DNA of 64,000 bases from an uncultured candidatus Brocadiaceae bacterium (GCA_964572825.1 CAZNGS010000005.1:479-64478), one strand, 5' to 3'; positions 1 through 10,939 are shown, counted from the first letter of the stretch. Notes: generated from the sequence alone by a model not told the origin. Translations and numbers: made by a program.

Positions 1-2697
1 GGCAAGTCCGGCCGTTGGGCTTCATGGGATTCCAGGTACTGGAAGACGGGCAGCCCCTGTTCGGATTCGAGGGCAAGGTTCTGGGCCCGGGCTGGCGGCC
101 GCCCCGAATGGAATGCCGGCCCGAGCCGTCCGGCGACTGCCGGGTTTACCAGGAAACGGTTTCCTTCTATACCTGGCTGCGTGACGAGGAACGGCCCGAT
201 GATTGCCTGCAAATGACTGAACTGGGCAAGCCGGTCCATATCCGGCATGAGGCCAAAAGTCCCCGGGTGGGTGTCCTTGAGCTGAGCTATGTCCTCACAG
301 CCCGGGAAGAGGCGCCACTGACGGGCATGATGCTGTTCATGCCGATTTCCAGCACACTTCGGGGCGGTCAGGGGCAAGCGGTCAAGGCGGGTGGAGGCAG
401 CACAGATTTCCCGGTGCCCCCGCCGCAGGGCCCCGGCGGCGTGGGGTCCGAGGTCAGCAAAGTCATCCTCCGGGCGCCTTCGGGCGCCACGGCGACGCTG
501 GAGTTCGACGACCCCTGCGCGGTCAACTACCACCACGGTGAGCTGCGGCTCTGGCTTTATGAGGGCGGTCTGGCGGCCGGCCAGAACGTCCGGCGTTCGG
601 TCACGGTGACCTTCTCGCGTCCGGCAAGAGTCAGTCTCGAGAGCCCGTTTCTGGACATGCGCGACTGGTTGCCCCTGCAGATGGACAACGACAACGCTCC
701 CGGCAGCGCCGTGGGTGTGGCAGACTGGCTGGACGCGCCGGCCGGCTCGCACGGCTGGCTGACGATGGACGGCGACCGCTTCGTCTTCCAGGACGGGACG
801 CCGGTGAAGTTCTGGGGGTTTAACATATGCAATACCAAAGTGGCTCCACACAGGGAGGCGGCGGACACCTGGGCCGCGCGTTGCGCAAAGTACGGCGTCA
901 ACATCGTCCGGCTCCATAAGTTCATTGGCCGCCGGCTGATGGGCATCATGAGCGAGGACGACCTGACGCAGGTCAACGAGGAGAAGGCACGCCGCTTCGA
1001 TTACTTCCACGCCGCCCTCAAAGAGCGGGGCGTGTACGTCGGGTGGTCGCCCATCTGGCGCTATCACGTCCTGCCCGCTGACCGCGACCGTCTGCTGGCC
1101 TACGAGGAGGTGCTCCACGCCCGCGAATCCGGGCTGTTCAAGGGCACTCCCTGCGGGTTGGCGACGCTGTTTCCCGACATCCAGGACCTCTACATCCGGG
1201 CCACCCTGGGCATGCTGAACCGCGTCAACACGGTGACCGGCCTGCGGTATGCCGAGGACCCCATGATCGCCTACGTGGAACTGCAGAACGAGGACAACGC
1301 CTTTCTGCCGGATTACGGGCGATTGCTGGAAAACTGCCCCACTTACCAGAGGGAGATCAACCGCAGATTTAGCGATTGGCTGGCAGAACGGTACGGCACG
1401 CATTCGGCGCTGACCAGGGCATGGGGGGAAGATATTGAGCAAGATGAAGAAATCGGCCCCGGCAGGGCCGTGCAGTTCCCGGGCAACGGCTCGGACACGG
1501 ACCTGACGTCCCGGCGGGTTCTCGACACGCATCGCTTTCTTTACGAGGTCCAGAGCGCCTACTACCGGCGCTACGTCGAGGCCATCCGGGAGACCGGCTA
1601 TAGGGGCATCATCGTCGGGTCGTGCTGGCAGGCCAGGACGTGGCTGGGACACCTCTACAACGTCCTGTCGGACCGCGAAGTCGGCTACATTGACCGTCAC
1701 AACTATGGCGGTGTGAACATGATCGGCCGGCCCGGATCGGGCCTACTGAGTGCCGGAATGCAGGTCGTGAGCGATCGGCCGTTCGGCCTCTCCGAATGGG
1801 GCGCTGCCTCCCTGTGGGGCAGTGGAGACGCGGCTGCCATCATCTGCACGTACGGCATGGGTCTGGGGGGATGGGACCTATCGGCCCAGTTTGCCAGTAG
1901 CTCGCCCCTCATCGAGGGCGAGCGGGAAGGCCACCGGGGGTGCGACCTGATCGTGAACATGGCCCAGCATCCCCGGCATGCGGGAGGGCCGCATCGGTTT
2001 CCAGGAGGACTTCAGTCTCCTGGGCGGTGCGAACATCAAGGAGTTCTCCTCGGTGGTGCCCCAGGCCTCCCTTGCCGCCGGGCGCGTGGTGCTGGAGTTC
2101 GTAGACGGTCACGTTGACCGGCCTGTATGGCAAGACGTGGAGCCATACCTCGACGGGAAACGGAAGGTCGTCCGCTCGACCACGGGACAGCTTCGATGGA
2201 ATTACTCCGGCAGGGGCTTCTTCACCATCAACACACCGGGCACGCAGGGAGCCGTCGGTTATATCGGCAACAGGCGCCACGTGCTGGAGGATGTTAGCCT
2301 TGCCGACGCGTCCCCTTTCGTTACAATTTACGTCACCGCCCGGAAGCGCGACCACGTGATTGCAGATGCGGACTCGCTTCTGATCACGGCTCTCGGGCGT
2401 GCTCTTCCCGAGGGCACCGTGGTGGACAGATGGGGAACCAGCCCCATGATCAGGGGCGATGGGCGGATGTTGATTGAGCCCGTCAGGGCGACTGTCACCT
2501 TCAGGCGCAAGGCGGTCTGCCACGTGTTCGCCCTGGACCACGATGGACGCCTGCCCGCGGAACCCCTCCGTGTGCCGGTGACCGGAACCCCACGAGGACG
2601 GCAGGTCGTCCTGGATGGGGCCCGGTATCGGACGATGTATTACCTGGTCGAGTTCCCTCGCAGGCGGCAGGATGGAGCCGCGTACACGCGAAAGTAG
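1..2697 (+). pseudogene. GH5-like (clan GH-A) glycoside hydrolase, 5'-partial at window edge, with internal frame switch
   Basis: Frame-3 ORF 15-2117 is open back to nt 1, so it is probably 5'-truncated by the window. It carries TIM-barrel clan GH-A motifs (FWGFN, VNIVRLHKF, acid/base ELQNED). The C-terminal beta-sandwich continues in frame 1 (1978-2697, TAG stop). Frame 3 degenerates into Pro/Arg/Gly junk after about 1950. The frames switch inside a C/G homopolymer-rich stretch at about 1950-1975. Confidence 0.5.
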
Positions 2698-2772
2698 AGA
2701 GGTGGCCCTTCTGCGGCTGATCGAGCCCGGAAGGCGGCGCGTCTTTTCGGCGACAGCTTGACGATAGGAGGC

Positions 2773-3798
2773 ATGGGGATGCACGGAATCATTCAGGTCG
2801 GTTCGAGCGGTTGGGGCGCTTCGTGGCTCGAGTTCATCCACGAATCGGAGGATTGGGAGTTGTCGGGCCTGGTGAGCCGGGGTGGCGAGAACCTGCGGCA
2901 GGCCCGCGAGAAGTGGGATATCCCGGCGGACCGTTGTTTCACCTCGCTGGAGGAGGCGCTGGAGGGTCCGGGGGATGTGGTGGTGGTCGCGGCGCCGCAC
3001 CACCTGCACGTGCCCATGGCCCGGCAGGCCCTGGAGGCCGGCCGGCATGCGCTGATCGAGAAGCCCCTGAGCGACGATTTCGAGGCCGCGCGCGGTCTGG
3101 CCGAGTACGCCGCCGGCTGCGATTCCCGCGCATGGGTGAGTCAGAACTTCCGCTATCGCGAAGGGCTGTGGCAGTTGCACAGGTCGCTGGTGCAGGGCAA
3201 TCTGGGCAGACTCCTTTCGGTCCGGCTCAACTTCCGACGCGGCGGCCGGCAGAAGCCCGGCCCCTGGAGCCAGCAGTGGCGGAAGCGGCAGTGGAGTTTC
3301 CTGCTCAACGAACTGGTGATCCACCACTTCGACATGTGCCGGTTCCTGTCCGGGGCGGACGCCGAGTGGGTGTTCTGCCACGGCTGGCAGCAGCCCTGGT
3401 ACGAGGCCCAGGGCCCGGAAAACGTGGCGGCCGTCGTCCACTTCGAGAACGGGTGGGTGCTGGACTTCGACGGGGATGCACGCACTGTGGGCGGCCCGAC
3501 CACGGAGTTCAGCGGCGACTGGATCGTGCAGACCGATCGGGGCTGCGCCGTCTGGACGGGCGAAGACGTGCAGTGGCAGCCCGCCGAGGACGAGAGCGCG
3601 GAACTGGCCGACAAGGGCGGATTCCCCGGCTTCGACCGCGCCGGAGTGCTCAACGAGCTTGCCGCCGCAGTGGAAGGCCGCCCCACCGCTGTGCTGCCCA
3701 CCGTCCAGAACAACCTGCGTAGCCTGGCAATGGTCTTCGCCGCGATTCAAAGCACGCGGGAGCGCCGTCCGGTCGAACTCACCGAGCTTCTTGACTGA
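2773..3798 (+). CDS. Gfo/Idh/MocA family NAD(P)-dependent oxidoreductase
   Basis: N-terminal Rossmann GxGxxG (IIQVGSSGWGA) and EKP motif (ALIEKPLS). RBS tAGGAGG upstream. Alternative starts at 2758 (TTG) and 2779 (ATG). Confidence 0.8.
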   Translation: MGMHGIIQVGSSGWGASWLEFIHESEDWELSGLVSRGGENLRQAREKWDIPADRCFTSLEEALEGPGDVVVVAAPHHLHVPMARQALEAGRHALIEKPLSDDFEAARGLAEYAAGCDSRAWVSQNFRYREGLWQLHRSLVQGNLGRLLSVRLNFRRGGRQKPGPWSQQWRKRQWSFLLNELVIHHFDMCRFLSGADAEWVFCHGWQQPWYEAQGPENVAAVVHFENGWVLDFDGDARTVGGPTTEFSGDWIVQTDRGCAVWTGEDVQWQPAEDESAELADKGGFPGFDRAGVLNELAAAVEGRPTAVLPTVQNNLRSLAMVFAAIQSTRERRPVELTELLD

Positions 3799-3809
3799 TA
3801 GGGAGAGGA

Positions 3810-4748
3810 ATGATGCGCTACGGATTGACGATGGGCTCGCTGGCCGCGCACGGCAAGGCCGGATTGCTGGAGACTACGGAGGACTACTTCCAGAAGGCCC
3901 ACGAGTTCGGATACGACTGCGTGGCCGTGGGCGTGGGGAGCGTGCCCGGCCCGGATGAGAAGGCGAAACTCCAGGAGTTCAAGGCATTTGTGGACGACCT
4001 GGGCATGGGCATACAGGTAGGCGGAAACCCGCAAGACGACGCGTCTTACGAGGTGGCCAACTACCTGGGCAGCCCGGTGCTGAACACCGCCATCAAGGGA
4101 TTTCGCGTCCGGTTCCGGGAGAACTGGGATGCTGCCCGCGCCCGCGATGAGATGGCGAAAGACATCGAACGGCTGGGCGCCATCGAGAAACGGGCGCGCC
4201 GGCACGATCTGCCGGTGACATTCGAGAACCATGGCGGTTACAGGACGGACGAAATCTGCGAGATACTGGAGGCGGTGGACAGCCCGTACATCGGGATCAA
4301 CCTCGACACGGCCAACCAGATCGTGATGGTGGAGGACACGGTCGAGTGCTGCCGCCGTCTGGCGCCAAGGGTGCTCTCGACCCACATCAAGGACACGCTC
4401 TTGATCGAGGCCCCGGACGGCGCGGGCGCCATCTGGTGTGTTCCCGGCGAGGGCATCAACGGCCTGCCCGAGCAGGCCCGCCTGCTGCGCGAGGCCGGGA
4501 ACGACTTCATCGTTACCATGGAGTTCCTGGACCATTTCGTCGTTCCCATCCCGTACAGGACGGAGGAATTCTGGCAGCAGTTGGGGCGAACACGCGAGGA
4601 AAGCGCGGACTGCCTGCGCATGCTGGAGGAAGCCCCCAGGCTGGAGGCCGACCCGCGCCCCACGGAGCTGGACGAACTGGTCCCCTACGAGGCGGAGACC
4701 AGGCGGAAGAGCCTGCCCGCGATGAAAGCCATGTTTGGCGACGCTTAA
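3810..4748 (+). CDS. sugar phosphate isomerase/epimerase (xylose isomerase-like TIM barrel)
   Basis: Xylose-isomerase-like TIM-barrel pattern (HG...E, INLDTAN, STHIKD). RBS GGGAGAGG. Confidence 0.75.
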   Translation: MMRYGLTMGSLAAHGKAGLLETTEDYFQKAHEFGYDCVAVGVGSVPGPDEKAKLQEFKAFVDDLGMGIQVGGNPQDDASYEVANYLGSPVLNTAIKGFRVRFRENWDAARARDEMAKDIERLGAIEKRARRHDLPVTFENHGGYRTDEICEILEAVDSPYIGINLDTANQIVMVEDTVECCRRLAPRVLSTHIKDTLLIEAPDGAGAIWCVPGEGINGLPEQARLLREAGNDFIVTMEFLDHFVVPIPYRTEEFWQQLGRTREESADCLRMLEEAPRLEADPRPTELDELVPYEAETRRKSLPAMKAMFGDA

Positions 4749-4785
4749 CGCCTGAGGTTTTTCCCCGAGGAAAGGTAGCACGAAG

Positions 4786-5901
4786 ATGGCAGAAGCACTG
4801 AGTTTGGGTCTGGTGGGAACGGGTGCCGTGGCGCTCAAAGGCGTCATCCAGCACCTGGTGATGGACGACATACAGGACCGGGCGCGACTGACCTGCCTGT
4901 GCGACGTCGTCCCGGGTCGTGCCCGGGCGGCGGCCGACAAGTTCGGCGTGCCTGCGGCCTACGAAGACTACGAGGAGATGCTGGACAAAGAGAAACCTGA
5001 TCTGGTGACCATCGCCACCCCCATCGGGCTGCACTACGAACAGGGGAAAACGGCCATCCAGCGCGGCATACACGTGCACTTCAACAAGACCATGACCACC
5101 ACCGTGGCAGAGGCCGACGAACTGATCGAGATGGCCCGGGAGCGCGGCGTCAAACTGGTGGCCTCGCCGGGCATGATGCTGGCGCCGGCCAACCGGGCGG
5201 TGCGCCGACTGGTGGCAGACAGAGCCCTGGGCATACTTACCTGGGCAGCCACCGGCGGTGGCGGCGGCGTGCTGCAGTATCACCTCAAGGAGGACGGGCG
5301 GCAGGGCGATGACGTGCTGAGCAACGTGGACCCCACCTGGTACCTGAAGCCGCCCGGCGGCGGGCCCCTCTATGACCGAGTGGTCTACGAAGCCCATACG
5401 CTGACCGGTGTGCTGGGGCCGGCCAGGCGAGTGACCGCCCTGTCCGGCATCCGCATACCCGAACGCGAGTTCCGTGGAGAGAAGATATCCGTCGAGATGG
5501 ACGACAACACCCTCATGCTGCTCGACTTCGGGGATGCCTTTTTCGCGTTCGTGCACGGGGCCATCGAGGGCGGGGTGCCCACCTGGATATTCGGAACCAG
5601 CGGCGTCATCCGCTACGAAAGGGGCGGTCCGACGCTGAACGGCGAACCGATTAACTATCCGGGCAGGTCGGATGGGACCCGCCGCTTGCCTCATGTCACG
5701 GAAATGCACAGGGGAGTCCCGTCGGCCCACATCTTCGAAGACATCATGCAACTGGTGGATTGGGTGCGCGATGACAGGCCTACCGTCGTGACCGCCGAGC
5801 ACGCGCGCCACGTGATCGACATCTTCGAGTCCGCCTACCGGGCGGCACGGACGGGCCAGACTCAGGAACTCACCACGACGTTCACTCCGCTGGACGAATG
5901 A
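4786..5901 (+). CDS. Gfo/Idh/MocA family oxidoreductase
   Basis: LGLVGTGAVA Rossmann motif, conserved NKTMT region and C-terminal alpha/beta domain. Confidence 0.8.
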   Translation: MAEALSLGLVGTGAVALKGVIQHLVMDDIQDRARLTCLCDVVPGRARAAADKFGVPAAYEDYEEMLDKEKPDLVTIATPIGLHYEQGKTAIQRGIHVHFNKTMTTTVAEADELIEMARERGVKLVASPGMMLAPANRAVRRLVADRALGILTWAATGGGGGVLQYHLKEDGRQGDDVLSNVDPTWYLKPPGGGPLYDRVVYEAHTLTGVLGPARRVTALSGIRIPEREFRGEKISVEMDDNTLMLLDFGDAFFAFVHGAIEGGVPTWIFGTSGVIRYERGGPTLNGEPINYPGRSDGTRRLPHVTEMHRGVPSAHIFEDIMQLVDWVRDDRPTVVTAEHARHVIDIFESAYRAARTGQTQELTTTFTPLDE

Positions 5902-5962
5902 AGGACCTGCGACAAGGCGTGTTTGGCGTAACGGAACCGGCAATTGGAACAGAGGACAGATC

Positions 5963-6916
5963 ATGAAGATCAGGATGGCCGCACTTATGGCGCTTGTGTT
6001 CTCCCTGCTGGCCGCCTGTGCATTGCAGGGCGCAGGCCCCGCCCGGAAGCTGGCGCGCAGCTTTCCGGGCGAGATAGGTCCGCTGAGGCGCGCGCACGTC
6101 TGTCGTGGTCATGATGGCTTTTACTACCTTACCGGCACCAGGGCCACGCCCGGACTGGACGGCACCCCGGACTTCGACCACAACCGGGGGGTGCGCCTCT
6201 GGCGCTCGAAGGACATGACCGGCTGGACCGATCTCGGCTACGCCTGGGACATGGTCGAAGTGGCGAACAGGGCGCGCAATGCTACCACCAAGGACTTCTG
6301 GTACGTCCCGGCAGGCCGCATCAACGGATACCCGGCGCACGCGATGACGGCGCCCGAACTCCACTACGTCAAGGGCACGTACTGGATCGCTTACTCCCTG
6401 AACGGGCGGGGCACCGCGCTGCTGAAAAGCAAGTCGGGCCAGCCGCAGGGCCCCTACGAGGACGTGGGCTACATCACCACCCGGGGGGGTAACGCCTCGA
6501 TGTTCGAAGACGAGGACGGGACGGTGTACTGGCTGTTTGCCGACGCCTGGATCGCGAAGATGAAAGAGGACATGTCGGCGCTGGCGGAGAAGCCCCGCCC
6601 CCTGCTGCCCGCGCCTTCAGTTGCTCCAGGAGCCGGCCGGTACAAGTTCCCGCGCGGGGGCACGTTCCTCTTCAAGAAGGACGGAAGCTATCACCTGACC
6701 TACGCCGACCACGTGCTCCGCCACGGCCGGCCGAGTTACGACGCCTTCATCGCCGTATCGGACGATATTTACGGCCCGTACACGCCCCAGGACATCCGGC
6801 TTCCGGATACCGGGCCGGTATCGGTCTTCCAGGATGCGGACGGTGCCTGGATGGTTTCCTACAGCGAGAGGCGCACCAACCGGCCGGCTATCATGCGGAT
6901 TCCATTCGACAAATGA
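5963..6916 (+). CDS. glycoside hydrolase family 43 (secreted; lipoprotein-like signal LLAAC)
   Basis: Signal peptide MKIRMAALMALVFSLLAAC. Five-bladed beta-propeller GH43 motifs (GFYYLTGT..., WRSKDMTGW, YWLFADAW). Paralogous to the next gene. Confidence 0.75.
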   Translation: MKIRMAALMALVFSLLAACALQGAGPARKLARSFPGEIGPLRRAHVCRGHDGFYYLTGTRATPGLDGTPDFDHNRGVRLWRSKDMTGWTDLGYAWDMVEVANRARNATTKDFWYVPAGRINGYPAHAMTAPELHYVKGTYWIAYSLNGRGTALLKSKSGQPQGPYEDVGYITTRGGNASMFEDEDGTVYWLFADAWIAKMKEDMSALAEKPRPLLPAPSVAPGAGRYKFPRGGTFLFKKDGSYHLTYADHVLRHGRPSYDAFIAVSDDIYGPYTPQDIRLPDTGPVSVFQDADGAWMVSYSERRTNRPAIMRIPFDK

Positions 6917-6937
6917 CATTCGGAAAGGGATAAGAGA

Positions 6938-8920
6938 ATGCGTTCGAAGCGCCGCAGGATTGTTCTTTTCGCCGTCCTGGCAGCAGTTCTGTTCTCGGCG
7001 TCGCCGGCCGGTTTCGGGGCGGCGTGGTGGGAGGCGCATTTTGCGAAGGAGCGCAGCCGCCTCCAGCCCCTGTTCGAGGTCCCGATCCGCGACGCCAGCA
7101 TCTGCCGGGGGCCGGAGGGCGTTTACTACCTGACCGGCGCCCTGGCGACCGGCGGGGACGACTTTCAGAACAACGACGGAATCCACCTCTGGCGGTCCAC
7201 CGACCTGGAGAACTGGAAGCGAATCGGGCAGGTATGGAGCATCGAACGCGACGCCACCGCGCCTGGAAGCGCCTGGCAGAAAGAGCACAGGATCAACCCC
7301 GAGAACCCCGACGGGCCGCTGGTGCGCGGGATGACCTCCCCCGAAATACATTACATCAGGGACACCTTCCGGATCACCTACGCGATGAACGGTCAGGGCA
7401 CCGGTCTGCTGAAGAGCATTTCCGGCCGGGCGGAGGGGCCGTACATCGACGTCGGCCGGATAACGGAGCGCGGCCGGGACGCATCCCTGTTCGAGGACGA
7501 CGACGGCTCCGTTTACTGGGTGATGGGCGAGGGCTGGATCGCCCGGATGAGGCCCGACATGTCCGGCCTGGCGGAGCGTCCCAGGCTCCTGCAGCCGGGA
7601 CCATTCGCCGGCGATATGCAGACCTCTCCCCGCTACGCCGGAATGGCGGGGGCTTTCATCACCAGGGCCCGGGGCCGGTACTTCCTCTGCGTGGCTGACG
7701 TGTGGGGTCGGCTCGGCTGCGGATGCTGGGACACATTCGTTGCCTGGTCGGACAACGTCTACGGTCCCTACAGCACCCGCCACCTGATGACCCCGCACGG
7801 CGGGCAGACCACGGTATTCCAGGGGCCGGGTGATCGCCTGTGGGCTACCTTCGCGGGGCGCGACAACCACGCCGTGTTCCAGGACCGCCCGGCAGCGCTT
7901 CCCCTGGAATGGAGCGGCGCCGTTCTCTACGGCCGGGGCACCGATCCCTTCCCGCGCAGGCCGCCGCGCATCACCACCGAGTTCGGGCCGTGGGACCGGA
8001 TAGAGCCCATTGCGGACGTGCACATCCGGGACCTGCAGTTCAGTATGGGACCGGACGGCTACGCTTACCTGACCGGGTCCGGCACCGATGAAAGCTATGC
8101 CGGCCGGATCATGGTCTTCCGTTCCCGAGATATGCGGAACTGGGAGCCGGTGGACGTCCAGTTCGACTTCATGAGCATCCCCGGCGTCACGCGCGAGGAC
8201 TACGCGTTGCGTTTCGAGGGGCCGAACGCCGAGAAAGGACTACAGGCCAAGTACATGGATAGCGAAATATACTGTCTCGGCGGTACGTTCCACATCTTCA
8301 CCTCCCTCTACGGCATGCGTAACACCACGAAAGCGGACGGCAGCCAGCCCTGGGCCGGTTCCATGTGGCTGCGCAGCACCACGGGAAAACCCGAAGGCCC
8401 GTATGAATACGTGGACCGGGCGCGGTCGCAATGCAGCGCCTTCGTGGACGACGACGGCTCCACATACATCTTCTACAACGGAACCCTCCAGTCCTTTGAC
8501 CCCCGTGCAGAAAGTCTGGAAGGTGAGAGGATGGAACTCAGAACTACATCCGGCACCCGCCTGACCAAAGGGGACGTGGCGACCAACCTGGCGAAGATAC
8601 ACGGCAGATACGTGGTCTTCGGCACCGGATGGTTCGGAGGAGGGCCGGGCGAGAACCACCGCATAGACTCGACCTACGACTGGGTCTACTTCTGGTCGGA
8701 CACTCTGGAAGGTCCGTATCACATGGTGCGGAAGGCATACCCGATGCCGCACTGCGGCCATTCCTGCCCGCCGGTGAAGGGGCCGGACGGCCGCTGGTAC
8801 GGCCTGTTTTTCGGCAACGACTCCACGGGCCCGTGGTGGAACATGCCGGGCGTGCTGGTCTACGACGTGAGACTCCAGGACGGCGAAATCCGCGTTGAGC
8901 TGAAAGACGAACTGCCGTGA
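6938..8920 (+). CDS. tandem-domain GH43-like beta-propeller protein (two GH43-type modules), secreted
   Basis: Signal peptide. The N-terminal module is collinear with the upstream GH43 (GVYYLTGA, HLWRSTDLENW, YWVMGEGWIARM). A second propeller-like module follows (YAYLTGSG, MVFRSRDMRNWE). Confidence 0.7.
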   Translation: MRSKRRRIVLFAVLAAVLFSASPAGFGAAWWEAHFAKERSRLQPLFEVPIRDASICRGPEGVYYLTGALATGGDDFQNNDGIHLWRSTDLENWKRIGQVWSIERDATAPGSAWQKEHRINPENPDGPLVRGMTSPEIHYIRDTFRITYAMNGQGTGLLKSISGRAEGPYIDVGRITERGRDASLFEDDDGSVYWVMGEGWIARMRPDMSGLAERPRLLQPGPFAGDMQTSPRYAGMAGAFITRARGRYFLCVADVWGRLGCGCWDTFVAWSDNVYGPYSTRHLMTPHGGQTTVFQGPGDRLWATFAGRDNHAVFQDRPAALPLEWSGAVLYGRGTDPFPRRPPRITTEFGPWDRIEPIADVHIRDLQFSMGPDGYAYLTGSGTDESYAGRIMVFRSRDMRNWEPVDVQFDFMSIPGVTREDYALRFEGPNAEKGLQAKYMDSEIYCLGGTFHIFTSLYGMRNTTKADGSQPWAGSMWLRSTTGKPEGPYEYVDRARSQCSAFVDDDGSTYIFYNGTLQSFDPRAESLEGERMELRTTSGTRLTKGDVATNLAKIHGRYVVFGTGWFGGGPGENHRIDSTYDWVYFWSDTLEGPYHMVRKAYPMPHCGHSCPPVKGPDGRWYGLFFGNDSTGPWWNMPGVLVYDVRLQDGEIRVELKDELP

Positions 8921-8969
8921 CGCCACAGCGATGCTGCAACATGTGTTTTCAACAAGGGCGGTGAGAGCC

Positions 8970-10090
8970 ATGCGAGGGTTTCAAGGGTATCTGCTTCTGC
9001 TTGTATGTTTTTCGCTCGGAACGATCTACGGCTCCCAGGCGAGGCGCCGGCCGTTTCCGAAGAAGCAGACCCGGACGTACTGCGGGGCAGCACCCGCGAC
9101 CACGTGGCGCCACTGATTATCTACCAGGGCACGCTGCTCTGCCGCTCACGGGACGGTTCGCGCGACTGGCTGTTCACTGATCTCAACAGCGGCCAGCCCC
9201 GGAGGGGCAGCGGCCCCCGGGGGAGCTTCACCTTCGGCAACTGGGGTTCCTATTACGTGGCGGCCGGTCTCTTATAGTCAACACAGGGAAGCATCGGCTG
9301 CGACCCCCGCACCGGGGAGCCGGTGAAGCAGATGGACCTGGGAGGCATGCTCAATCGCGGCCACCACATCCGGTGCTACATCGGCAACGCCACCGACCGT
9401 TACCTGATAACCCAATGGCACGGAGCGGAGTTCATCGACCTGCGCGACGGCAACCACGCGATCAACGACTGGCTGCGGGGCGCGTGCAGCTACGGCATGC
9501 TGCCGGCGAACGGGCTGCTCTACAACACGCCCGATCCGTGCAACTGCTACTCCGGCACCAAGGTGAACGGCTTCCACGCGTTCTATTCTCAGCCTGAGAG
9601 GAAGGTGGGGCCCGAGCCGGCGGAAACTGGCGGTGACCTCACCCCGCCCGTCAGTGCCGGCGGACGGGTTTACGTCGGCCGGAAGGGCACGCACCAGGTC
9701 ATCTGCCTTGACGCCGAAACCGGCGCACGAGGGTGGAGCTATACTGCCGGAGGCCGGGTGGACTCCCCGCCCACCGTGGCCGCCGGGCGCGTGGTCCTCG
9801 GGTGCGCGGACGGGTGGGTGTATTGTCTTGATGCCGCCACCGGTTAGCTGGCCTGGCGCTACCGCGTGGCGCCGCGCGAGGTGCGCATCGTGGACAGCGG
9901 GCGTCCGGAATCCGTCTGGCCGGCGCACGGTAGTGTGGTGGTACGCTCTCCGGGTCAGTCCGGCCGGGCGCTGGTCTACTGCACGGCGGAGCTTACAGGT
10001 GAAAACTGCGCTCAGTACGTTATCATGTGGCCTGCGAATGCCGCATGCCGGGGCGGCCAGAATCGGGACTACAGCTTCGAAGGAGGTAAC
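8970..10090 (+). pseudogene. decayed PQQ-like beta-propeller repeat protein gene (signal peptide in frame 3, body in frame 2, two in-frame TAG stops)
   Basis: The ATG at 8970 encodes signal peptide MRGFQGYLLLLVCFSLGTIYGSQA in frame 3, which stops at about 9112. The body lies in frame 2. It holds repeated (A/C)LDAxTG..W PQQ-type motifs (VICLDAETGARGWSY, VYCLDAATG*LAWRY). In-frame TAG codons sit at 9275-9277 and 9845-9847. The reading frame then runs without a stop into the AKR gene. Confidence 0.45.
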
Positions 10091-10939
10091 ATGGCGGCAG
10101 GAGCGGGGAGTGAGCTGACGATGGATACGACCGTGGTTCTGAATGACGGCAAGGAGATCCCGGTCCTGGGCTTTGGCACCTTCCAAATCGACGATGGGGG
10201 AGAGTGCGAACACGCCGTCCGCCACGCCCTGGAAGCCGGGTATCGGCATATCGACACGGCCCACGTTTACGGCAACGAGGCGTCCGTGGGAAAGGCCATC
10301 GCACAGAGCGGCGTCCGGCGGGATGAACTCTTTATCACCACCAAGACCCCGTTCGATCTCAGCCCCGCCAGCATCCGCAAGGTCTTCGAGCAAAGCCTGT
10401 CGAAACTTCAGACCGACTACGTGGACCTCTACCTGATCCATTGGCCCACGACGGACGAGCTGGCGGCGCCCTGGGAGACGCTGGTCGAGCTCCGGCAGGA
10501 AGGCAAGTGCCGGTCCATCGGGGTGAGCAACTTCTCCGTCCGCCGGTTCGAGAAGGCCTTCTTCCCCTACGTCTCGACGGTCCCCTCGATCAACCAGGTG
10601 GAGTGCCACGTGTTCAACCAGCGGCGCGACATCGTGCAATACTGCCGGGCCAAAGGCATGGAGATCGAAGCCTATTCGCCGCTCACGCGCGGCCAGCGCC
10701 TCTCCCACCCCGTTGTCAGCGGCATCGCCGAGAACCACGGAAAGAATCCTGCCCAGGTCATGATCCGGTGGCTTCTGCAGAGGGGAATCGTCACCATTCC
10801 CAAGTCGGCCAATCCCGAGCATATCGGGCAGAACGCGGATGTTTTCGATTTTGCCCTGACGGACGATCAGATGCAACGTCTGAACGCCCTGGACGAGGGC
10901 ATGGAAGTGCAGGACTGGCACCCCCGGGGTTTCTACTGA
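10091..10939 (+). CDS. aldo/keto reductase (AKR family)
   Basis: AGGAGG RBS 8 nt upstream of ATG 10091. AKR motifs GYRHIDTAHVYGNE, LYLIHWP and IGVSNF. Confidence 0.85.
   Translation: MAAGAGSELTMDTTVVLNDGKEIPVLGFGTFQIDDGGECEHAVRHALEAGYRHIDTAHVYGNEASVGKAIAQSGVRRDELFITTKTPFDLSPASIRKVFEQSLSKLQTDYVDLYLIHWPTTDELAAPWETLVELRQEGKCRSIGVSNFSVRRFEKAFFPYVSTVPSINQVECHVFNQRRDIVQYCRAKGMEIEAYSPLTRGQRLSHPVVSGIAENHGKNPAQVMIRWLLQRGIVTIPKSANPEHIGQNADVFDFALTDDQMQRLNALDEGMEVQDWHPRGFY

Noticed and set aside
1909-3750. 613-aa minus-strand ORF
   Set aside because: It is antisense to the GH5-like and Gfo/Idh/MocA genes and has low-complexity composition.
9275-9847. TAG as a recoded sense codon (e.g. Pyl)
   Set aside because: TAG terminates well-supported genes at 2695 and 12044, and a frameshift is also present in the same locus. 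A pseudogene is the simpler explanation.
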